NCBI RefSeq assembly: GCF_006345805.1
Contig: NW_021829781.1
Coordinates: 1-5,983 of the forward strand
Length of the DNA stretch: 5,983 nucleotides
Source of the DNA: Octopus sinensis
Taxonomy: Eukaryota
Direction of reading: 5' to 3'
Below are positions 1-5,578 of this stretch, piece after piece (the first letter of the stretch is position 1; every line of letters starts with the position of its first letter). The translations under genes and the position numbers were made by a program. Below the pieces are notes generated by a model. It was not told where the DNA came from. It saw nothing but the letters and a program-made list of their open reading frames with translations, and did no database searches.

Positions 1-210
1 ACCAGCATAAAACACCATGAACTTACCATCAGTAGTGAAAAATAAAAGCGGCTATATTGTATTGCCTTCCAACTCGTTGATTAGCTGATTTTCAGGGCCT
101 TTACATTATCTCATAAAGCAGATCGAAAATTGGCAATTTTTAGCCTCGTACTCGTCTTAGCTCACACTCTATCAGTTCGGTATGGACATTCTACAAGCAA
201 CATAGCATCA
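1..210 (+). repeat. Direct repeat copy 1 (homologous to 734-962); probably the 5' non-coding region of a pogo-like element
   Basis: Aligns by eye with 734-962 at roughly 80% identity with one ~20 bp indel. Shared blocks include agcataaaa, atgaacttac, tcagtagtg, agctgattttc, cataaagcagat, tagcctcgtactcg, tcagttc and gtatggacat.ctacaagcaacat. Copy 1 has ATA where copy 2 has the pogo ATG (954). Confidence 0.85.
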
Positions 211-237
211 AATTTGATAACAGCTTTAATTTTGATT

Positions 238-715
238 CACCCTCACCCCTGTCGATGTGGTGGTACGGTGGACGTGAAAGGCCTTCACCCCCTCTCCTGC
301 CGCCGACCGCAGGCCGCTTGCCTCGCCATTGAGCAATCAACGACGTAATCTCAAGAGCACTCAATGCTGCTGGCTTCCCCAATGTACTAAAACCCGCCGG
401 ACTGGACAGAGCGGATGGAAAACGCCCGGATAGGATGACTACCTTCCCTTTCCGGAATGGCAATTGCCTCATCTGGGATTCCACGTTTGCAGATACGTGG
501 TCCCCATCCGCTTTATTATCATCTGCATCTTCTTCCGGTTCGACCACTGCCTCCGCGGAAGCCAGCAAAGTCGAAAAGTACAAGAATCTTGCCACTCGGC
601 ATTCCTTCGTGCCTGTGGCTTTTGAGACATCAGGCGCTTCCGGTCCGCTCACCTCATGCTTCATGAAGACCTGGGTATCCTTATTGCTCTAACTCCTGCC
701 CCCGTGCTCTCAGAT
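238..715 (+). pseudogene. CRE-clade non-LTR retrotransposon C-terminal fragment (zinc knuckle plus restriction-like endonuclease), frameshifted
   Basis: Joined frames read [90 protein letters not shown]...AEASKVEKYKNLATRHSFVPVAFETSGASGP...FMK/DLG...PRA. The CxC...H...C knuckle and the RH, KRPD, WD, KxxKY and ETxG motifs match the CRE-type RLE domain. The terminal QRGNA motif is missing, so it is truncated at both ends. Confidence 0.85.
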
Positions 716-733
716 CGAGCAATATTTTCCTGT

Positions 734-962
734 AATAGCATAAAAACACTATGAACTTACGTCAGTAGTGCAAAATGAAAACGACTATTTTGTATTTCCT
801 TTTAGCTCGCTGATAAGCTGATTTTCCGGGTCTTTACATCATTTCATAAAGCAGATTGAACATCAAAAACCGAGACTACAACTGGCCACCTCTAGCCTCG
901 TACTCGCCTCAGCTCAACCTCTCTCAGTTCAGTATGGACATCCTACAAGCAACATGGCATTA
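734..962 (+). repeat. Direct repeat copy 2, running into the pogo-like ATG at 954
   Basis: Same alignment as 1-210. It contains a pyrimidine-rich tract and TCAGTT just upstream of the ATG at 954. Confidence 0.85.
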
Positions 963-1154
963 AAACGAAAAAGTTATACCGATGCGTTCAAAAGAAAAAT
1001 CATCAAAGTGACAGAGTAATTGGGCAACAGAGAAATCTAAAAAATCGATATTATTGAAGCTAACATCCGTGGTTGGAGGAAGAAGAAAGACTCATTATTG
1101 AAAGGAAAAGCAATAGCAAAAGGACAGGACATGGAAGAAAAAGGGAAATTTTAG
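954..1154 (+). pseudogene. pogo-like transposase N-terminal HTH (Brinker/CENP-B-like DNA-binding domain) remnant
   Basis: A single frame from ATG 954 reads MALKRKSYTDAFKRKIIKVTE*LGNREI*KIDIIEANIRGWRKKKDSLLK, which matches the pogo N-terminal pattern KRxSYxxxFKxxxI...GNR......E.N.R.WRK. It has two internal stops and no DDE domain. Confidence 0.75.
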
Positions 1155-1224
1155 GTGAACACTATATTCGATTACTGCATTTTTACAGATGTTTTGGCCC
1201 AAAATTATTTTCGTGTTATTTTTT

Positions 1225-1252
1225 GCGCGTGTTAAAATTGATAAATACGGTA
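1225..1252 (+). mobile_element. Probable right TIR of the pogo-like element plus TA target dinucleotide
   Basis: gcgcgtgttaaaattgataaatacgg|ta. The reverse complement TA-CCGTATTTATC...ACGCGC resembles pogo/Tc2-type ends. The matching left TIR is not in the window. Confidence 0.55.
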
Positions 1253-1277
1253 TTGGCTTATTAACATTAATTGTTAA

Positions 1278-1620
1278 GTGCTATACTCGGTGTTTTTTAA
1301 ATGTATGAAAAAACGCAATGGTCACCTAGCCACGTCCTCAGAATGTTTATCTAAGGGAAGTAACTGTCAGCGTAGTTGCACTGTCTCTTGCAGGACAGAA
1401 AGTTATTCTTTGCATTCAAGAGGTTCATGTGCAATCACTGCAAACAAAACAGGAAAACTGTCGACCATTTGACTACCCAGTGTGGTAAAATGATAGACAG
1501 TAAGTACTTCCGAAGACACAATGAAGTTGTAAAGTGCATCCATCTACATTTGTACCGAGCCTATGATATTAAGAATGAAAAAAGATAAAGGCTCACTAAG
1601 TTCAGTCTATAATTTTTAAT
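1278..1620 (+). pseudogene. R4/Dong-like (RLE-type) non-LTR retrotransposon fragment: post-RT region and CCHC zinc knuckle
   Basis: Joined frames read LYSVFFKCMKK...SS.CLSKG.N/HCLLQDRKLFF...CNHCKQNRKTVDHLTTQCGKMIDSKYFRRHNEVVKCIHLHL...KI.AH*VQSIIFN. This has CxxC...H...C followed by YxRRHNxVxxxIH, as upstream of the RLE domain, and closely resembles microsporidian members of this family from memory. Confidence 0.8.
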
Positions 1621-1797
1621 CATCCCGCAAGTGTCGGAAAAGAAAATGATGTTTTAAGAAAAAAGGTAATATTTAGGTCAGATAATATTTGTCACGCGCC
1701 ATAACTGAAACGGGCGCCAGACGTGTAACATTTAGCCTTGCATTTTAACCTTCAAATGTCATTTAATTGTTGTCTCCGGTAACTATTATTTTTGCAA

Positions 1798-2150
1798 ATG
1801 AGAATAGCTAATGCAGTCAAAGATGATAATGAATATAATGATATTCTTCAGTATTACAACATGAGAAATTTCCAGAGCGATTGTCAAGAACACAAAGATC
1901 AAGATTTTTACGAAAATGCAAGAATTTCATTTTAATCGGAGGTATTTTCCTATCTCATTTCAGGAACACTTTATTTTAATGAAATAAATGATGAAAATAA
2001 GCAAGTAATTTGTTTGAATGATCACGAAACAATGAAATATCATTGTAATCGGATTCATTCTCAGTTTCACTTTGATAGAAAATGAAGATGGAACCGAAAA
2101 AACGGTTTTTTACTCTCAAATTAAAAAAATTTAAATAAATTGTTTTGAAA
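1798..2150 (+). pseudogene. Ginger/GIN-type integrase (transposase) N-terminal remnant with a putative 22 nt intron
   Basis: MRIANAVKDDNEYNDILQYYN/EKFPERLSRTQRSRFLRKCKNFILIGG^TLYFNEINDENKQVICLNDHETMKYHCNRIHSQFHFDRK/KMEPKKRFFTLK (/ = frameshift, ^ = intron 1942-1963). It shows the Y..I..Y....(F/Y)P......F.RK...F.L..G.LY pattern and the H...H half of the H2C2 zinc-binding motif. It is truncated by the LINE insertion. Confidence 0.7.
1942..1963 (+). other. Putative 22 nt spliceosomal intron
   Basis: gtattttcctatctcatttcag has GT...CAG ends. Removing it joins FILIGG to TLYFNE in frame and restores the integrase motif; unspliced, the two halves are out of frame. Confidence 0.65.
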
Positions 2151-2160
2151 TTATTTTTAC

Positions 2161-2905
2161 CTCTTCTTGGCGGACATTCCTCTGCCGTCGACACGTACTG
2201 GCAAGCTCGTTATCTATGCTGACGATATCCTGGTCATGGATACCTCGAAAAGGATATCGCAGTCTTGGAGACGACTGAAATCATACATTGCAACGCTAAA
2301 GATGTGGACTATAGAGAAGGGTTTGACCCTAGCACCGGAGAAGAGCACCATTTCATGGTTGCGGAGAGGGAGTCGCTATGCGGAGTCTTGTGCATATGCG
2401 ATGAGTAGCTATGTGATGGATCTCTCGAAAAGCAAAAATCTTTCTTACCTGGGAGCAACCATCAACTGTCGTGGCTCGTACGTAGAGCATATAGCAAATC
2501 AGAGAAAGAGGAGTGTGAGGATCCTCAAAAGCTTAACCAGGTTCCATCTGGATCCGGAAACGTACATCTACGTATACAAAACGTGTGTGCAGCCAGTCCT
2601 CACATGGCTACGAGGGCTGGTACGGTACGGAGGAGAGTGACTACCTGATCGAACAGTTGGAAAAGACTAGACGTTTCGCTATGAAATTGGCTTACGAGTA
2701 CAACTTGACGGAAGGCTAAAAGACTCACAAGAATCCTCTGTGCCCACGATCCGGATGGTCTTGGAGAATTGTCGTCAAACATGACTAGTATTGGGGATAC
2801 GCATGGAAAGAGACACTTCGGTGCCTTGTTTTTATCTCCCCGCCGATGATTTCTTCCTTGTTTTTCTTTTTCTTTTTTGCTCAATAAACACTATTCTATT
2901 CTATT
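2161..2905 (+). mobile_element. 5'-truncated non-LTR retrotransposon (LINE): RT C-terminal half, 3' UTR and microsatellite tail
   Basis: LFLADIPLP...LVIYADDILV...RLKSYIATLKMWTIEKGLTLAPEKS...YLGATI...YKTCVQPVLT/GYEGWYG...TEG* (frameshift ~2605, stop 2717-2719). It is followed by a pyrimidine-rich UTR, AATAAA (2883-2888) and (CTATT)3 (2891-2905). It is visibly more GC-rich than its flanks. Clade not determined and no TSD found. Confidence 0.85.
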
Positions 2906-2980
2906 TTTAATAAATCCCTGTAGAAATTGAAAAATAGTAGATTGAAAGTATGTTGAGATAGTATCTGTATCAAAAATGCC

Positions 2981-3038
2981 GCGGCCGAAAGCCGCATAGG
3001 GGAATAGTAGCTATCTTGAAAATTTCGGCCGAAGGCCG
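2981..3038. repeat. Two GC-rich GAA-loop hairpins in a degenerate ~44 bp tandem unit
   Basis: gcggc-cgaaa-gccgc (2981-2995) and cggcc-gaa-ggccg (3026-3038). Each is preceded by a similar atagta..tatc..aaaat stretch, and the second is followed by ttaggtaggtaagg. Confidence 0.6.
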
Positions 3039-3383
3039 TTAGGTAGGTAAGGCTTTATTTGATCAGAAAATCTCTTCTGTATTAACTTAAAAATAAATTA
3101 AATTTAAAGGAACTTCAGCTATTGTCCAAATAAGAGAATGATAACAAACCTAAAGATTTTAAACAACATTTTTAAAATTAAGTAGACTAGGCCTTTATAA
3201 TTCTTAGAATTTTCATTATTTCTATCATTTTATATTCTAATTAAAAGGGAAACAATAACAATTTTTAGAATGAAATTATTAAAATAAATATTATTTTTTT
3301 AAAGATAATTTATCAAATTTAATGGATAACCAATACTATTTTTTAAATAAATTTAAGTACATTATATGTTGTTCATTAGAGTT

Positions 3384-3405
3384 GTTTCAGTTATGGCGCG
3401 CCACA
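3384..3405 (+). repeat. Extra exact copy of the terminal 22 bp of the Ginger-like right TIR
   Basis: gtttcagttatggcgcgccaca is identical to 3486-3507 (102 bp downstream) and is followed by ttatt (compare atatt). Confidence 0.85.
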
Positions 3406-3549
3406 TTATTTCAAAGTTTTGTTAATTGCTAATCAAGGTCATTATGCGGTTTTCTCAGGGTCAAAATGTTACACGTCTGGCGCCCGTTTCAGTTATGGCG
3501 CGCCACAATATTTAATCAATTTGGACATTAATTTTCACTTGCAGAAGAT

Positions 3550-3745
3550 AGTACGAGACCATAAAAATTAAGAAGAAATTTTGAAACGATACATTCTAAA
3601 TATGTCCATCGTTTCTTGTCATTAACGTTGATCTGCCTCTCAATTTCACAGTTAAAATAGGCTTATCATCCGTCCCGGATAATGGTGCTTTGTACCGGAT
3701 TTATGTATCCCGGAATGTCCCAGATTATCATATTTAGTATTATTT
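3550..3745 (-). pseudogene. Ty3/Gypsy-type integrase remnant (H2C2 zinc-binding domain to first catalytic Asp region)
   Basis: Minus-strand joined frames read IILN/YDNLGHSGIHKSGTKHHYPG.MISLF/NCEI.RQINVNDKKR/GHI.../FKISS/NFYGLV. This resembles the H..LGH.GI.K....YYP...C..CQ.NK...K.GH....KISSD.YGP pattern. Heavily frameshifted. Confidence 0.55.
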
Positions 3746-4379
3746 AGTAACATGGATTGTGATCAACTATACAATTATAAAAATTAAACAACTATAAAAA
3801 TAATATTAAATTTTTTGAAACTTAATATAGCATGATCCTTAAAAATTGTTTGTAAGTAGAATGAAGATGACGACAAATGATCTACACTAATATTTTCCTG
3901 TAACAGCATACAAATAAAAACTTAAATAAATAGTTAATAGTTTTACGAAAATTCTTCTAGTTGCGCTGTCAATTAGTGGTCAATTTTGTTAATGATTGTG
4001 CTAATGTTGTTATAACTGTCAAGGTTTTTTTGTAAAAATCTGTTAATTGCACCCTCTAATCAAAGTCGGCAATCTGTTAATTCCACACTTTGTCAAGATC
4101 AAATTTGATAACAACTTTAATTTAATTCATAGTCGATAATGATATATTGGAATTAAACTTTAAAAAGAAAATCTGGAAGGTCTTAACTGACCTCATCATG
4201 CGTGTCGAGGACATTCACGTTGTTCATTTTAATCAAAATTGAGAAAATATTTTCTTGAATTTTTTGGCGGGAATGATTTAAGGACCTCATTATTGAGAAT
4301 ATTCTTGATATTTAGTTTTTTTGGTGGAAGATTTTTGGAAAAGCTCATCATTTGGGGAAAAAGAATTTTTACTATACCA

Positions 4380-5152
4380 TTTCAGGTTTAAAGTGGAACT
4401 TATTAAATGTCAGCTTTGAATACTGACAAAATATTTTCAATTGGGTTGAGCATAGAGCTATAGGGACCCAATCTTGAAATTTTATTTCCGATGAATTTAT
4501 TTTCTTTGACAATTTCTTCAATTCCTGAATGACATGGACCATTGTCTACTACTAGCACTACTGGGAAATTGTAAGCTTCCTTGATTTTTCGTAAAAAAAT
4601 TCTCAACCATTAATGGCTAGATTCTTTATTAAAGAATCCACGTTTCAATTCATAATGTAATAATCCAAGAGACCCGATACAACCAATGAAATGTACATTG
4701 GCATCTTGTGAAAGTGTTGCAACGACATTAGCCCTTGTTCCCTTTTTGAACGACTTTTTTACGGGATATGTGCATGTTGAGATTTGTTTCATCAATAAAT
4801 AATATCGGAATTTCCTTCAATTGATATTACAATAATAAAATAATAATTTTTTATTTTTTCTTTATTTAATTGACTATTGCCTTTTTCTGGTTTATACCTG
4901 ATATCTTTCAAAGAATAACAGGAAACGTTTAAGTAGAATCGAATGGTTTCTTTTGACACATTTAAGCTAAAATTCAAATTTAAAAGAATTCTCAAAGTCT
5001 CAAAAGTAATCCTCGGGTTAAGTACGATCTGTTCGACACAATAATTTTTATGTTGATTAAGAAATTTTTTTCTTTCTTTGAATGTTGCTTAGTTACTTTT
5101 GCAATTGATCTTGGCGTTTTTTAACAGGAGAAAGTGATTTAATTCTTCTCAT
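4380..5152 (-). pseudogene. IS630/Tc1-mariner superfamily transposase pseudogene (DD35E as read here)
   Basis: Joined frames read MRRIKSLSP...QIVLNPRITFETLRILLNLNFSLNVSKETIRFYL...YSLKDIRYKPEKGNS.../FIDETNLNMHISR../KKGTRANVV...HFIGCIGSLGLLHYELKRG../LRIFLRKI...VVLVVDNGPCHS...RLGPYSSMLNPIENILSVFKADI. Catalytic motifs are IDETN, VDNGPCH and LNPIE, with 35 residues between the second D and E. Several frameshifts and stops. Confidence 0.9.
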
Positions 5153-5202
5153 TTTTATGTACTGAAAATGATCTTATAATCATATTTTTGGCTAATTAAA
5201 TA

Positions 5203-5418
5203 CAGTGGAACTTGTCTAAACCGGCCCCTGAATATACCGGATCTCTCCGTATACCGGCCGTTTTCTCCGGTCCCATTTTTTTACAGTATTTTTTCAATAT
5301 AAATTTCACCTCTTTATTCCGGATCCTCTATATTCTGAAAACCGGTCGTAATTTCAAGTCCCAACGGCTTTTTTCACACTGTGCAAACCGGACAAAGAGG
5401 TATTAAAAATAACTGTTA
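5203..5418 (+). mobile_element. pogo/Tigger-type MITE, right arm truncated
   Basis: Starts TA|CAGTGGAACTTGTCTAAACCGG, a typical pogo/Tigger-like end. It has two internal ccggatc..tct...gtccc sub-repeats. Partial inverted symmetry: acctctttattccgg (5308-5322) with ccggacaaagaggt (5388-5401), and ttacagtattttt (5281-5293) with aaaaataactgtta (5405-5418). No complete right TIR. Confidence 0.6.
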
Positions 5419-5469
5419 TTTTTAAAAATTAAAAAATAATAATTTTAAAGGTTAATAAGTGTCGCGACC

Positions 5470-5536
5470 CACGCTGGCGACCATCACACGCTGGCGACCA
5501 TCAGTTTGACAGGTTATGACCTTCAGTTTGACAGGT
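5470..5536 (+). repeat. Subterminal repeats: 17 bp x2 tandem and 14 bp x2
   Basis: cacgctggcgaccatca at 5470-5486 and 5487-5503; tcagtttgacaggt at 5501-5514 and 5523-5536. Confidence 0.9.
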
Positions 5537-5578
5537 GATTAGTTTGATATTTAAACCGGAAAAAATTCATTTTAAGAA

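Larger units (their letters stand above)
1690..3507 (+). mobile_element. Ginger-like (Ginger2/TDD-type) DNA transposon with TGT...ACA ends, 44 bp TIRs and 5 bp TSD
   Basis: Left end 1690-1733 tgtcacgcgccataactgaaacgggcgccagacgtgtaacattt. Right end 3464-3507 reverse-complements to tgtggcgcgccataactgaaacgggcgccagacgtgtaacattt (42/44 match). ATATT flanks both sides (1685-1689 and 3508-3512). A Gypsy-like integrase N-terminus starts about 65 bp inside the left TIR. Confidence 0.8.

Noticed and set aside
191-664. 157 aa minus-strand ORF
   Set aside because: It is the antisense shadow of the GC-rich CRE fragment; the recognisable motifs are on the plus strand.
457-666. 69 aa plus-strand ORF
   Set aside because: Alternative frame overlapping the CRE endonuclease frame; no motif.
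721-735. aat att ttc ctg taa (NIFL*) as the natural end of the CRE ORF
   Set aside because: The preceding QRGNA..LGT motif is absent and the same 22-mer recurs at 3889 without CRE context.
1073-1264. 63 aa ORF
   Set aside because: Off-frame to the pogo HTH remnant and runs through the TIR; no recognisable domain.
1976-2194. 72 aa minus-strand ORF
   Set aside because: Antisense to the Ginger-like integrase remnant and crosses the LINE junction.
2600-2884. 94 aa minus-strand ORF
   Set aside because: Antisense to the LINE 3' end; its lysine-rich start derives from the T-rich UTR.
1690-3507. LTR retrotransposon interpretation of TG...CA plus 5 bp TSD
   Set aside because: The ends are inverted, not direct, repeats, and the RT inside is non-LTR type with its own poly(A) signal and tail.
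3648-3727. cagttaaaataggcttatc...ccggata as a Tigger-like TIR
   Set aside because: Better explained as the minus-strand Ty3/Gypsy integrase zinc-finger coding remnant; no partner TIR.
954-5152. Alternative genetic code explaining in-frame stops
   Set aside because: Interruptions are a mix of TAA, TAG, TGA and many frameshifts at non-equivalent residues, consistent with decay (or some homopolymer sequencing error) and not codon reassignment.
5212-5406. 64 aa ORF with TTG start
   Set aside because: Lies wholly within the MITE; no protein motif.
5470-5536. Possible CRISPR-like array
   Set aside because: Only two copies per unit, repeats are 14-17 bp, adjacent or nearly so, with no spacer series or cas genes; context is eukaryotic TEs.
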